A DNA stretch of 64,000 nucleotides from an uncultured Actinomycetota bacterium (GCA_963823915.1 CAWGNJ010000002.1:79192-143191); one strand, 5' to 3'; positions 40,202-51,614 are shown, counted from the stretch's first letter. The notes: generated from the sequence alone by a model not told the origin. Program-made: numbers and translations.

Positions 40202-40641
40202 TCCTGCTCGAGATCCTGGCGCAGCCGAATCCTTGCCTGGCGGCGAGTCTCTGCTTCGCGCTGGCGGCGTTGTTCCTCCTCGCCTTCCGGGCTGACTGGC
40301 GGAACAGCTACCGGCCGGCCATGATCGTCGAGCGCCACCATGGTCAAATAGGCGGTCGTCGTATGGTCTTCGTCTCCGGTAACCGGATCCTCCCGGTAAA
40401 CGGTGACTTCCACCTCCATGGATGAGTTCCAAGCCTGGGTCACACAAGCGGTGAGGCTCAGCACATCGCCGATGTGGACCGGGGCGTGGAAACTGAGGGA
40501 ATCCACCTGAGCGGTCACCACCCGTCGCTGGGCATGCCGCATCGACGCCACCCCCGCAGCCGAGTCCACCAGTTTCATGATCGATCCACCATGCACAAAA
40601 CCGGCGTTATTGGCGTCGGTGATCTGCATCACCTGTGACAT
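40198..40641 (-). CDS. acyl-CoA thioesterase (hotdog fold)
   Basis: TDANNAGFVHGGSIMKLVDSAAG..VTAQVDSLSFHAPVHIGD. Confidence 0.8.
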   Translation of the reverse strand: MSQVMQITDANNAGFVHGGSIMKLVDSAAGVASMRHAQRRVVTAQVDSLSFHAPVHIGDVLSLTACVTQAWNSSMEVEVTVYREDPVTGDEDHTTTAYLTMVALDDHGRPVAVPPVSPEGEEEQRRQREAETRRQARIRLRQDLEQE

Positions 40642-40673
40642 GGTCGTCGTTGACTCGGACGGGGTTCTTGGCC

Positions 40674-40702
40674 TTCACGGTTCTCCCTAGATCTGATACA
40701 AT
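40674..40702 (+). promoter_or_regulatory. candidate sigma-70-type promoter of clpB (TTCACG-17-TACAAT)
   Basis: In an AT-rich island. Shares ATACAAT..GGA with the dnaK candidate. Confidence 0.35.
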
Positions 40703-40779
40703 AGGACTTAGATTTATTGAAACAATACGACTACGAAATAGGGTGTATGCAACAAGGCAACCCTACAGGAGAGTGAAGC

Positions 40780-43365
40780 ATGGCCGTCGATTTTGACAAA
40801 TTTACCCACCGCTCTCAGCAAGCGACCTTGCGCGCCCAGGAACTGGCCAAGGCTCACAACCACCAGTACGTGGAGCCCGCTCATCTGCTGTTGGGATTGT
40901 TGGATCAAGCGGACGGAATCGTCTATCCCCTCCTCAGCAAGCTCGACATTGCCGTGCCCACCTTGAGGGCCGCAAACCGAAGAGCAACTCGAGCGAATCC
41001 CCAAGGTGTATGGGGGTGAGGTTGCCATATCCCAGAACCTCCTCAACCTCTTCGAGGTGGCCGAAGTCGCGCCGGACGGAAATGCGCGACGATTATCTCT
41101 CCGTCGAGCACTTACTCCTTGCCCTGGCGGGCTCGGAAACACCTGCCGGAGAGGTACTACGAGAGCTCGGCGCCGACCGTCAGGCGATCCTCGAGGCATT
41201 GACGGAGATTCGGGGGAACCCAGCGAGTGACCAGCCAGGACCCCGAGGCCACTCTCAACGCCCTCGAACAGTACGGACGGGATCTGACCGAAATGGCCCG
41301 CCAGCAAAAGCTGGATCCGGTTATCGGTCGGGACGATGAGATCAGACGGGTCATCCAGGTGCTTTCTCGACGGACCAAGAACAACCCTGTTCTGATCGGC
41401 GAGCCGGGAGTCGGCAAAACCGCCATCGTCGAAGGACTTGCCCAGAGAATCGCCAATGGCGACATTCCCGAGGGTCTCAAGAGCAAACGCATCGTCGCCC
41501 TCGACCTGAGCGCCATGGTGGCCGGAGCCAAATACCGGGGAGAATTCGAAGAGCGCCTCAAGGCAGTGCTTGGTGAAATCAAGGCGTCGGAAGGCCAGAT
41601 CATCACCTTCCTCGATGAGATGCACACCATCGTCGGCGCCGGTGCCGCCGAAGGTGCGATGGACGCTTCCAACATGCTCAAGCCGATGTTGGCCCGCGGC
41701 GAATTGCGCATGATCGGCGCGACCACTCTCGACGAGTATCGAAAGCATGTCGAGAAGGACGCAGCCTTAGAGCGGCGCTTCCAGCCTGTGTACGTCGACG
41801 CCCCGAGCGTCGAGGACTCAATCGGCATCCTGCGCGGACTGAAGGAACGGTATGAGGTCCACCACGGAGTCCGTATCACCGACTCGGCCCTCGTCGCCGC
41901 AGCCGTGCTTTCGGACCGGTATATCACGGGCCGGTTCTTGCCGGACAAAGCGATAGACCTGATCGACGAGTCGGCCTCCCGGCTTCGCATTGAGATCGAT
42001 TCCATGCCGGAGGAGATCGACGAGCTGGAGCGGCGCGTCAAGCAATTGGAGATCGAGCGGGCCGCTCTGCAGAAAGAAACTGATGACGCATCCCAGCGAA
42101 CGGCTGGCGGCCCTCGAGCAGGAACTGGCGGACGTGCAGTGAGGAGTCCGAAGGGCTTCAGGCCCATTGGAACCTCGAGAAGGAAGAGATCGACCGGATC
42201 CGCAGCGTCAAGCAACAGACCGAGGAGGCCCGAGCCGAGGCCGAACGGGCGGAGCGCCACGGCGACCTGGAGCGGGCGGCCGAGATCAGGTACGGAACCC
42301 TCCCCAACCTGGAGCGGAGCCTCCTCGAATGGCAGCAGGACCTGGAGAAGCTTCAGGTGCAACAAGAAGATGCTGAAGGAAGAGGTCGACGAAGAGGACG
42401 TCGCCGAGGTGGTCAGCCGTTGGACAGGAGTCCCGGTGGCACGGTTGATGGAAGGCGAAGTCGAAAAGCTGATCCGGCTCGAAGACCACTTGCACCGGCG
42501 GGTCGATCGGCCAGAACGTGGCGGTTACGGCCGTGGCCAACGCCATCCGTCGCAGCCGCGCTGGCTTGTCGGACCCGCAACGACCCATCGGATCGTTTAT
42601 CTTCCTGGGACCCACCGGGGTCGGAAAGACAGAGCTGGCCCGGGCTCTGGCATGGTTCATGTTCGACGATGAGCGGGCCATGGTCCGCATCGACATGTCC
42701 GAGTACATGGAGAAACACAGCGTCTCCCGGCTCATCGGTGCTCCTCCCGGCTACGTCGGCTACGACGAGGGCGGGCAGCTCACCGAAGCTATCCGCCGGC
42801 GTCCCTACTCGGTGATCCTGCTGGATGAGATCGAGAAGGCCCATCCGACGTGTTCAACGTGTCTGCTGCAGGTCATGGACGATGGCCGCCTGACCGACGG
42901 TCAGGGACGCAGCGTCGATTTTTCCAACACCGTCCTGATCATGACCTCCAATCTGGGGTCGCAACATATCGAAGCCGACGAGCAGCGACGAAGCGGTCCG
43001 CGACGCAGGTGATGGCGGTGGTGCAATCACATTTCCGTCCCGAGTTCTTGAACCGGGTCGACGAAGTGATTGTGTTCCACCGATTGACCCGGGACGACCT
43101 GCGGGCCATCGTCGACATCCAACTCGAACATGTCAGGGGCCGTCTGGCCACCCGCCGGATCAGCCTCACCTTGACCGACGCCGCCAAGGACTGGCTGGCC
43201 GCAGAGGGATACGACCCGGCCTACGGTGCTCGTCCCCTCAAACGACTCATCCAGACTGAGATCGCCGACAAACTGGCGCTGCAGATCCTGGACGGAACCT
43301 TCCGCGAGGACGACGCGGTGGTGGCGGATGTTGGTGACGACGGGTTGGTGTTTCAAGCCGCATAG
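40780..43365 (+). CDS. clpB: chaperone disaggregase ClpB, heavily frame-interrupted
   Basis: Clp_N text, NBD1 ([18 protein letters not shown]), coiled coil, NBD2 ([29 protein letters not shown]) and C-terminus YGARPLKR, spread over at least 8 frame pieces. Confidence 0.95.
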
Positions 43366-43373
43366 CGGCTCGA

Positions 43374-43408
43374 GTCATCAGTCGTCAGTCATCAGTCATC
43401 AGTTGTCG
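43374..43408. repeat. 7-bp tandem-repeat block, 5 units (gtcatca gtcgtca gtcatca gtcatca gttgtcg)
   Basis: Reverse complement of the 5747 motif (TGAYGAC). Directly after the clpB stop. Confidence 0.9.
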
Positions 43409-43410
43409 GT

Positions 43411-43466
43411 TTCCCCCTCCGACCTCGCTCCGCTCGGCCACCTCCGCCGGCCGGCGCCGGTGGAGG
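43411..43466. repeat. C-tract/G-tract hairpin element (shares the CCCCCTC..TCGCTCCGCTCGG motif)
   Basis: CCCCCTCcgaccTCGCTCCGCTCGG, followed by the hairpin cctccgccgg..ccggtggagg. Confidence 0.6.
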
Positions 43467-43596
43467 ACATCCAAAGCCCCACTGATGCCTGAAAGGGCGG
43501 CCGCCAGGCCGACCGACGGACAACTGATAACTGCGACCGCAGGTCGCAATCCCAATTCCCGACGTACCGACGGTTCCATCTGCGATAATCAATGTC

Positions 43597-44043
43597 ATGG
43601 ATAACGAGATTTGGCGCTGGTTGTGGACAGGTCTGGCCGTCGTGCTCGCCGTGGGCGAGATCTTCACCGCAGGATTCTTCCTGCTGCCATTTGCCGTCGG
43701 CGGAGCTATTGCCGCCATCCTGGCTTGGGCAGGTGCGGCGGTCGCTTGGCAGTGGATTGTGTTCTTCGTCGTATCGGTGGGAACGCTCTTGTACCTGCAG
43801 CGATTCATCCGCAAGCAAGACATTGCGGACACCAAGAGCATCGGAGCCAACCGCTACCTGAGGATGCAGGCGATTGTGCTCGAGCAGGTCGATCCGACCT
43901 CCGGTACCGGCCGGGTCAGGGTCGAGTCGGAGGAGTGGAGAGCCACCAGCGACGGCGACATCATCGAGCCCGGAACGCCGGTAACCATCACCGAGGTACG
44001 CGGTACTCGCTTGGTGGTCCGCGCCTCAGCACAAGAGTCCTGA
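43597..44043 (+). CDS. NfeD-family membrane protein
   Basis: Two to three TM helices followed by an OB-like C-terminus (GTGRVRVESEEWRATSDGDIIEPGTPVTITEVRGTRLVV). Confidence 0.8.
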   Translation: MDNEIWRWLWTGLAVVLAVGEIFTAGFFLLPFAVGGAIAAILAWAGAAVAWQWIVFFVVSVGTLLYLQRFIRKQDIADTKSIGANRYLRMQAIVLEQVDPTSGTGRVRVESEEWRATSDGDIIEPGTPVTITEVRGTRLVVRASAQES

Positions 44044-44074
44044 TTCTGATTAGCGGCTTGAAAGAGAGGGCTTC

Positions 44075-45057
44075 ATGGAAGCAGTAATAATCCTATTCGT
44101 AGTTTTGGCGGTCCTTCTGATCGTGTTCGTGGGGGCCGGCCTCAGGATTGTCAGGCCGTTCGAGAAAGGCCTTATCGAATTCCTGGGCAGGTATCAGAAA
44201 ACCGTCGATCCAGGTCTTCGCTGGGTCATGCCGTTTGTCAAACGCCTGCTCAAAGTCGACATGCGTGAACAGGTGATCGACGTTCCTCCCCAGGAAGTAA
44301 TCACCAAGGACAACGTCGTCGTCACCGTCGACGCGGTCATCTACTTCGAAGCCACCGACCCGGTCAAACTGAAGTACAACATCTCCAATTTTGTGCTGGC
44401 AGTCACCAAGCTGGCTCAGACCAACCTCCGTAATGTGGTTGGTGATTTGCAGTTGGACGAAGCCCTCACCTCTCGTGAGTTGATCAACGCCAAGCTGCGG
44501 GAGATCCTCGACGACGCCACCGACAAGTGGGGTACCAGGGTGGTCCGGGTCGAAATCCAGAGGATCGAGCCGCCCCCGGACGTCACCGACGCCATGCACC
44601 GGCAGATGAAGGCCGAGCGTGACCGCCGGGCCGTCGTCACCGAGGCCGAGGGGCAGAAGCGGTCGGCGATCCTCAAGGCCGAAGGTGTCAAGGAAGCCCA
44701 GATTCTCGAGGCCGAAGGTCAGGCAGAAGCCATCAAGCGAGGTAGCCGACGCCGACAAGTACCAGAAGCTGACCGTTGCCGAGGGTGAGGGACAGGCCAT
44801 CGAGACGGGTGTTCGGCGCCATCCACATCGGCGACCCGACCCCCGATTTGATCGCTATCCGCTACCTGGAGGCATTGCAGGGCATCGCCGACGGCCAGGC
44901 CACCAAGGTGTTCTTGCCGGTGGAGATGAGTGGGATCATGTCCAGCATCGGCGCTATCGGCGAGCTGTTTGCCCCCGAAGGAGCGACAGGCGCCGGTCAG
45001 CCCGAGCGAACCGCCGTACGGAGACCAGTACCACCGTCAGAAGGAACGAAGTTCTAG
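44075..45057 (+). CDS. SPFH/band-7 (stomatin-like) protein, frame-interrupted
   Basis: [45 protein letters not shown]. Breaks near 44745 and 44810. Confidence 0.85.
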
Positions 45058-45074
45058 GAAGGTTCAGAGTGGGC

Positions 45075-45095
45075 AGTTTGAAGTTTGAAGTTGTT
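45075..45095. repeat. 7-bp repeat block (agtttga agtttga agttgtt)
   Basis: Left arm of the 45072-45162 palindromic arrangement. Confidence 0.8.
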
Positions 45096-45117
45096 GATCC
45101 CCTCTCCGGAGGGGATC
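45096..45117. terminator. hairpin between convergent SPFH and M20 genes
   Basis: gatcccctc-tccg-gaggggatc. A second hairpin, gcgaagc-aag-gcttcgc, lies at 45161-45177. Confidence 0.6.
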
Positions 45118-45130
45118 ACTCTTTGCTCCA

Positions 45131-45160
45131 CTTCCGACTTCCAACTTCCAACTTCCAACT
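45131..45160. repeat. 7-bp repeat block (cttccga cttccaa x3)
   Basis: Right arm. Its reverse complement (ttggaag) is one base different from the left-arm unit (tttgaag). Confidence 0.85.
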
Positions 45161-45176
45161 GCGAAGCAAGGCTTCG

Positions 45177-46321
45177 CTACAGCTCCGCCCACCGATTGTC
45201 GACGGCTAGATCGATGATCGTCCAGGCCATGGCCAGGGCACCATCACGGATAGCTTGGCGCCCATCGGCGGTCACGGTGTGGGCGGCGAACTCCGGCTGA
45301 TGGTTGACGGCTTCGCCGGGGTTTATGGTCAGGAACGGATGGATCGAGGGCACCACGTGGCTGACATTTCCCATGTCGGTTGATCCGGCGGCACCCGGCT
45401 CTTCATCGGCTCCTCTTCCCATGGGCCCTCCCAGCGTTGCCGAGTTCGCGGCAAACAGTTCGACCATGACCGGATTGTTGATCATGTCCTCAAAGGGGTG
45501 CCCCATCATGCTCGACATTCCATGTGCACCCGGTGGCGATAGCGGCAGCTTCGAAACAGGCCATCACCCGTTCATAAAGCTCCTCCATCCGATCCTGGGT
45601 GGCGGCCCGCACATACCAGGAGGATCGTGTGTAGCTGGGAACGATGTTGGGTGCGTCGCCGCCGTGGGTGATGATGCCGTGGATCTTGTCAGTAGGGTAG
45701 AGTGCTTGACGCAGGGTTGAGACGTTGACGTACGCCTGGACGAAGGCATCGAGGGCGTTGATGCCCAAGCTGCGGCGCGAAGGCGGCGTGGGAGTCCTTG
45801 CCGTGGAATTCCACGTCGATATGCCGAACCCCAAGGACGTTGGGATCGACAACATCGCTGTTGGACGGGTGCACCATCATCGAGGCCGCGGCCCCGGCGA
45901 AGGCGCCGGCATTGATCAGATCTACCTTGCCCCCCATCTTCTCTTCGGCCGGGGTGCCCAGCACCGTCACCCTGATACCCAGCTGATCGACCAGCGGAAC
46001 AAGAGCTACCCCGGCTCCCAGCAGCGGAAGTGGCAATGACGTTGTGTCCACAAGCATGGCCGACCGCGGGGAGGGCATCCATCTCGGCGCAGATGACCAC
46101 CTCGGGACCGTCTGAACCGGCCCGGGCCACGAACGCCGTCTCGAGACCGTAGGCCGGATACTCCACGAGAACCCGTGGTCGGTCAGGAACTCCGCCAACC
46201 GCGCCGAGGTGTCATACTCTTCGAATCCGATTTCCGGGTGGTCATACATCCACTGGTTGATCTCGCCCAGCTCCCCCTCCACCTCGGTGAAGGCATGTTC
46301 AGCGCGGGCTTTTGGATCCAT
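45177..46321 (-). CDS. M20-family amidohydrolase, frame-interrupted
   Basis: WMYDHPEIGFEE, HACGHN, GTPAEE, HGGDAPNIVP. Four or more pieces. Confidence 0.8.
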
Positions 46322-46399
46322 GATTTCCTCGTTCTCATAGTTCGGCCGTTAGGCCGGTTCACGGTACCAGGCAGTCGGGGGCCCGACTGCGTGGGCCGC

Positions 46400-46427
46400 G
46401 TATCTCGTACTTCGTATCTCGTGCTCC
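46400..46427. repeat. 7-bp repeat block (gtatctc gtacttc gtatctc gtgctcc)
   Basis: Read directly. Upstream of the M20 gene start. Confidence 0.75.
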
Positions 46428-46511
46428 GATCGCGGCTTGAATCCAATAGCCGGGCCGGGGCGGCGTATCGAGAAACGTGTCACGCAGTCACGAGCCGTTA
46501 CTCTCCCTCAC

Positions 46512-47045
46512 GTGACTCTGATCCGCAATTCTCTGATCGTTGCCGCGTTCCTCTTGTTGAGCGCTTGTACATCGGGAACTGAACCCGCACGACGTCACCA
46601 TCACCATTCCCGATGACCACCACGACCATTCCGACGACCACGGTCCCGACGGGGCCGGCACCGGAAACCTGCGACCCTCCCGGCTTCCTGCCGACCGTGC
46701 TTCCCGAGAGGGTGATCGACGATCAACCCGACGTTTCGGCGGTCCCCCTCGACGAACTCACCTTGCAGCCTGGCACGATCGTCACCGGCTGGACGGACGG
46801 CTCCGGCGAATCCGGTAGTCGCCTTCGTGCGCGGAGCTCTCCCTCCTAAGCGATGGATCGGGACACCCGAGGAGGTCGAAGTGCGTGGAGTCGAGGCGGC
46901 CCTGGGAGAACTCGGCGACGGCATCTGGGCAGTTGCCTGGTTCGAAGGTCCCGAACGCTGCGACGAGTACTACCTGGTGTTCTATCCCCCGACAGCCGCC
47001 GAGGAAGCCAGAATGGTGGCGGAAAGCCTGACCGGAAGCGGCTGA
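46512..47045 (+). CDS. lipoprotein, hypothetical, frame-interrupted
   Basis: GTG 46512, lipobox LLSAC-T, Thr/Pro-rich linker. Continues in 46613-46849 and 46827-47045. Confidence 0.4.
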
Positions 47046-47068
47046 CGCCGCTTCGTACGCCCGGAGGG

Positions 47069-47848
47069 CTACAAAATCTGGCTGAGGAACAGCTTGGTCC
47101 GGTCCTCGTCGGGATTCTCGAAGAAGTGCTGCGGCGTGCCCACTTCGACGACCTCCCCGTCGGCCATGAACAGGACCCGGTTGGCAACCGCTCGAGCAAA
47201 TCCCATCTCGTGGGTGACCACGATCATGGTCATCCCCGACTCGGCCAGTTCCTGCATGGCGTCGAGCACCTCTTTGATCATCTCCGGGTCGAGCGCAGAG
47301 GTCGGCTCATCGAACAGCATCACCTTGGGCTGCATGGCCAGCGACCGGGCGATCGCCACCCGCTGCTGCTGGCCACCGGACAGCTGGCCCGGATACTTGT
47401 GGGCCTGCTCGGGGATCTGCACCCGCTCGAGCATGCTCCATGGCCATTTCTTCGGCTTCGTTCTTGGGCATGTTCCGGACCTGCCGGGGAGCCAGGGTGA
47501 TGTTGTCCAGCACCGTCAGATGCGGGAAGAGGTTGAACTGCTGGAACACCATGCCCGTCTCACGGCGGATCTCCTGAATGTTGCGGATGTCGTCGGACAG
47601 CTCGATCCCGTCAACGATGATGCGGCCGGCGTCGTGTTTTTCGAGCCGGTTGATGCACCGGATGAGCGTCGACTTGCCCGGATCCGGACGGGCCGATGAC
47701 CACCACCACTTCCTGCCTGCCGACATTCAGGTTGATGTCCCTTGAGAGCCTGGAAGTCGCCGAAGTACTTGTCGACGCCTGATGACCTCGATAATCATGT
47801 CGCCCGCTCATCTTGGGTCGCGTCCGAAAACACGTTGTTCTGAGTCAT
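47069..47848 (-). CDS. amino-acid ABC transporter ATP-binding protein (AapP/GlnQ-like), frame-interrupted
   Basis: [15 protein letters not shown] (repaired reading), [33 protein letters not shown] 47848 overlaps the permease stop (ATGA). Confidence 0.85.
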
Positions 47849-49088
47849 CGTTCTCCTACTCCCAGTTTCTTCTCGAGTCGTCGGCTCTCCCGCGACATCG
47901 TGTACGAACCGACCCAATAGATCAGCGCAACAAATGGCAAGGTCACCTCTGCCAGACCTTTCCCGAGGAACTCCGCTTGAACAGTTGGCAACGGCCGACA
48001 CCTGCGAGAAGTTCAAAGACCCCGACAACGATGCCAGCAGGGACGTGTCCTTGAAAAGGGCTGATGAACTGGCCGACCATGGCCGGAATCACCGCTCGGA
48101 GAGCCTGGGGCAGCACGATGAGCCGCATGACCTTCCAGGCCGGGAGGCCCAGCGCCTGCCCTGCTTCGGTCTGGCCTTTGGGGACCGCCTGCAATCCGCC
48201 CCTGACATTCTCCGCCACATACGCCGCGGTAAAGAGCATGATCGCCACAATCAGCCGGGCTACTTGCCCGAGTTCGTGTGCCGGGGGGAAGCAGGAACTT
48301 GAGCGCAAAAGCACCCACAAAAGCAAAGCGTGATGAGCGGTACGCCGCGGATGAACTCGATATAGGTAACCGACAGGTACCTGACCAGCGGCAGGCTCGA
48401 GCGGCGGCCCAACGCCAACAGAAGACCCAGCGGAAATGCCAGCACGATTCCGGCGACGGTGACGAACAGAGTGAGATGCAGACCACCCCAATTGTCCAGC
48501 TCGACGCCATCAAATCCAGAAAGGGCTAGGTACGCACCAACCAACAAGACAGCAGCCAGCAACCAACCGCGTTTTCGGATCACGGCAGGTAGATAGAGGC
48601 CGACATACCGCGCTGCCACTCCGACGGCCAGCATTCCGATAGTCAAATAGGTCGGTGTCCAAGTGCGAGTGAACTGAAGCAGAAGAACAATCAGCAGCAA
48701 TATCGGCCAGAAGCGCTGGATCCACTCGCGCGGCTTCGATTTCACGTACGTCAGGCCCGCTTCCTTCGGCCGCGACCGCGGCCGAAGCCGCGGTTGCCCC
48801 GGCCATCAGCCCGATCGTGCCGGCCAGCAGGTAGTTGCTCACCCAGATCCGGGCCAACTCGTCGCGGGGGAACCGGCCCAACATGAAGAGAGCCAGGTTG
48901 GCCTCGACGATTCTCCACTCGGCCCGCCAGAAGACCCAGCGAATAAGCGTGAAGCCAGCCCAGACGAACAAGGCCCCGAAGAGGAGGGTAAAGAGGGTGT
49001 TATACCAATTGCTAAAAAGGTTCTCTTTGGCCCACCGGACGGCTGGGGACTCCCGGCGAACAGGCGCGACGTCGGTATGGGTAGCCAT
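47845..49088 (-). CDS. amino-acid ABC permease (AapM/BztC-like), frame-interrupted
   Basis: Long N-terminal TM extension (48510-49088), core with YIEFIRGVPLIT and GQTEAGQALGL, C-terminus [13 protein letters not shown]. Confidence 0.7.
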
Positions 49089-50275
49089 TAGTTGGTCACC
49101 AATTGCAGCCGGCGGTTCAAAAAGTTGATCAACAGCGAGATGGTCAGCGAGAAGATCAGGTAGGCGCCCATGAGAATGACGATCAACTGCGGTGCCGGGT
49201 TGGCGTTGCCGATCGCCTGGAAGACAATCAGGGTGATTTCCATATATCCGATGGCCACTGCCAAAGAAGTGTTCTTGGTGAAGTTGAGGAATTGGTTGAT
49301 CAACGGAGGGATGGCGATCCGGAAAGCCTGGGGAAGGATGACAAACCGAAGCCGTTGAAAACTGCTCAGCGCCAAAGCGTTGGCCGCCTCGGTCTGGCCC
49401 TTAGCGACTGCCTGAATGCTTCCCCTTACGATCTCTGACACGTGACTGGCGGTGTAGATGACCAAGGCCAGCAAGACCGCCATATAGGGTCCGACCGTCT
49501 GATAGCCGCCTTCGATGAAGCGACCATTAACCACCACCGGTTTCGACAGGGAGAACGGCTGGCCAAGAGCGAAGAAGCCGATGATCGCGAACAGCAGAAC
49601 GACGCCAGTCCCCCACGCGAATCGGTGATGAGGTTGGCCGGTGGCGTCAAAGCGTCTGGTGCGCCAGATCCAGACAGCAATTGAGGCCAGAATGCCTGCT
49701 CCCAGAACGGCCAGATAGATCCCCGAGTTGTCCTCGGGCGTCGCCCAGGGGATCGCCATGGGCAGATTGGAAATCACGAAGAGATCAAAAGGCGCGTACG
49801 CCTTGTCGATAGACGGCAGCGAGAGGATGACTGCCGCGTTCGTGAAGATGATCACCAGCAGAGGTGGGATGTTGCGAAGGGTCTCCACATAGACGGTGGC
49901 CGCCTTGCGAACCAGGTAGTTGCTGGACAGTCGACCGATGCCGATCAGGGTGCCCAAGATCGTCAACAGCGGGATTCCCACGATGGCCAGAGCGAAAGTG
50001 TTCTTGATGCCCACCATAAGAATGTCGGAGATCGGTTGCGACGGCCGGAAATCTGGATCACCGGTGACGTTGACCCCCGCAGGCCCTGAAAGGAATTCGA
50101 AATCGGTCGGGATGTTGGCGGCGGTGAGGTTGGTGGTGAGGTTGTTCCAGAGGTACAAGGCCAGCGCTACGGCACCGACCCCCGCCCCTACCTGGGCCAC
50201 CACGCGCAGCACTTTGATATCGCGCCAAAACGGAGGCCGAACAGACTGGACGGTCGAGTTTGTGGTTGCCGCCAC
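49088..50275 (-). CDS. amino-acid ABC permease (AapQ/BztB-like)
   Basis: Intact 395 aa. YVETLRNIPPLL, GQTEAANALAL. Confidence 0.85.
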   Translation of the reverse strand: MAATTNSTVQSVRPPFWRDIKVLRVVAQVGAGVGAVALALYLWNNLTTNLTAANIPTDFEFLSGPAGVNVTGDPDFRPSQPISDILMVGIKNTFALAIVGIPLLTILGTLIGIGRLSSNYLVRKAATVYVETLRNIPPLLVIIFTNAAVILSLPSIDKAYAPFDLFVISNLPMAIPWATPEDNSGIYLAVLGAGILASIAVWIWRTRRFDATGQPHHRFAWGTGVVLLFAIIGFFALGQPFSLSKPVVVNGRFIEGGYQTVGPYMAVLLALVIYTASHVSEIVRGSIQAVAKGQTEAANALALSSFQRLRFVILPQAFRIAIPPLINQFLNFTKNTSLAVAIGYMEITLIVFQAIGNANPAPQLIVILMGAYLIFSLTISLLINFLNRRLQLVTN

Positions 50276-50296
50276 CTCACCTCACCCAAGCTAGGA

Positions 50297-50322
50297 GGGG
50301 GACCGGCAACCGCCGGTCCCCC
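50297..50322 (-). terminator. intercistronic hairpin between the SBP and first permease gene
   Basis: gggggaccggc-aacc-gccggtccccc. Confidence 0.55.
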
Positions 50323-50337
50323 TGTTCGTTTCTGCGT

Positions 50338-51435
50338 CTACCGGTACGGCGGGGCGTAGAGCAGACCACCCCGGGTCCACAGGTCGTTGACGCCGCGCTC
50401 GAGGCCGAGCGGAGTGTCCGGACCCACATTCCGGTTGTAGATCTCCCCGTAGTTGCCTACCGCGCTGATCACCTTCACGGCGAAATCGGTTGGCAGCCCC
50501 AAGGCCGGATCAGTGATCGTGGGTGGGTCGCCGCTTTCCCGGCCGAGGAACTTGAGGACATTGGGATCGGTTCCCGAGTAACTGTTGATGTTGCTCGAAT
50601 CGAGGCCGAACTCCTCAGCCTGGATGGTCGCAAACACAACCCAGTTGACTACCTGGGCCCACTCGGAGTCTCCGTCCAACACCATCGGACCGAGCGGTTC
50701 CTTGGAGAACGTCTCTGCGAGAATCGTCCAGGCCTCGGGGCCACCCTGGTCTTCAGGGTTCTGGGCGCGGAAAGCAGCCAGCTGGGATTTGTCGGACGTC
50801 CAACCTTGGCACTGCCCGGCTACGAATGCAGGTCGAAGCTCGTCGTTCGAGTCGAAGGTCAACACTTCATAGGGGATACCACCGGCACCAAACCGGTCGG
50901 CCAGGTTCAACTCGGTAGTCGTCCCTGACTGTGTACAGACCGCCGTGTTGGCCATGTCTTCGATCGCGCTGATGCCGCTGTCGGACTTCACCATCATGCC
51001 CTGGCCGTCATAAAAGGTGGTGGTCAGGAAGGTTCCGCCTTCTTTTCCATCACGGCTCGCCGTCCAGGTGGTGTTCCGGATAAGCACGTCGATCTCACCG
51101 GACTGCAGCGCGGTGAACCGCTGCTGTGCGGTCAATGGCACATAGTTGACAGCATCCGCATCACCTAACACCGCCGCCGCCACTGCCTTGCAGTAGTCGA
51201 CGTCAAGACCGGTGAAGTTTCCGTCGGCGTCAAGGAAGCTGAACCCAAAGACTTCGCCGTTAACGCCACAGTTGAGTTCTCCGCGGCTTATGACCTGGGC
51301 AAGCACGCCGTCGCCTGTCGCCTGTCCACCATCTGCCGCGGTTGTTGTAGTTGTTTCTTCGTCGACGCTGTCCCCGCCGCAGGCTGCAACCACCATGGCC
51401 AGCACTACGACAAGCAGCAATAGTCGCTTGATCAT
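50338..51435 (-). CDS. amino-acid ABC substrate-binding lipoprotein (AapJ/BztA-like)
   Basis: Start at MIKRLLLL.., lipobox VAAC-G, family-3 SBP text. Confidence 0.85.
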   Translation of the reverse strand: MIKRLLLLVVVLAMVVAACGGDSVDEETTTTTAADGGQATGDGVLAQVISRGELNCGVNGEVFGFSFLDADGNFTGLDVDYCKAVAAAVLGDADAVNYVPLTAQQRFTALQSGEIDVLIRNTTWTASRDGKEGGTFLTTTFYDGQGMMVKSDSGISAIEDMANTAVCTQSGTTTELNLADRFGAGGIPYEVLTFDSNDELRPAFVAGQCQGWTSDKSQLAAFRAQNPEDQGGPEAWTILAETFSKEPLGPMVLDGDSEWAQVVNWVVFATIQAEEFGLDSSNINSYSGTDPNVLKFLGRESGDPPTITDPALGLPTDFAVKVISAVGNYGEIYNRNVGPDTPLGLERGVNDLWTRGGLLYAPPYR

Positions 51436-51520
51436 CCCTCTCCTCCCAAGCGTGGTCGGGTACCGAGAGAACTCCCGGCGTGTAGCGACCATAGCGACCA
51501 CAGCGTGGTGGGTTTCAACT

Positions 51521-51543
51521 AAAAATGCCGCGCCTTCGGCGCG
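51521..51543 (-). terminator. intrinsic terminator downstream of dxs
   Basis: On the minus strand, a GC stem (cgcgcc/ggcgcg) followed by ATTTTT. Confidence 0.55.
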
Positions 51544-51549
51544 ACAGTC

Positions 51550-51577
51550 GTCCGCGGTTCGCAGTCCGCAGTCCGAA
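51550..51577. repeat. 7-bp repeat block (gtccgcg gttcgca gtccgca gtccgaa)
   Basis: Lies between the dxs stop (51615) and the terminator hairpin at 51521-51543. Confidence 0.75.
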
Positions 51578-51614
51578 ATCTGGACCGCTCACCGACAACG
51601 CGACGACTACGCCG

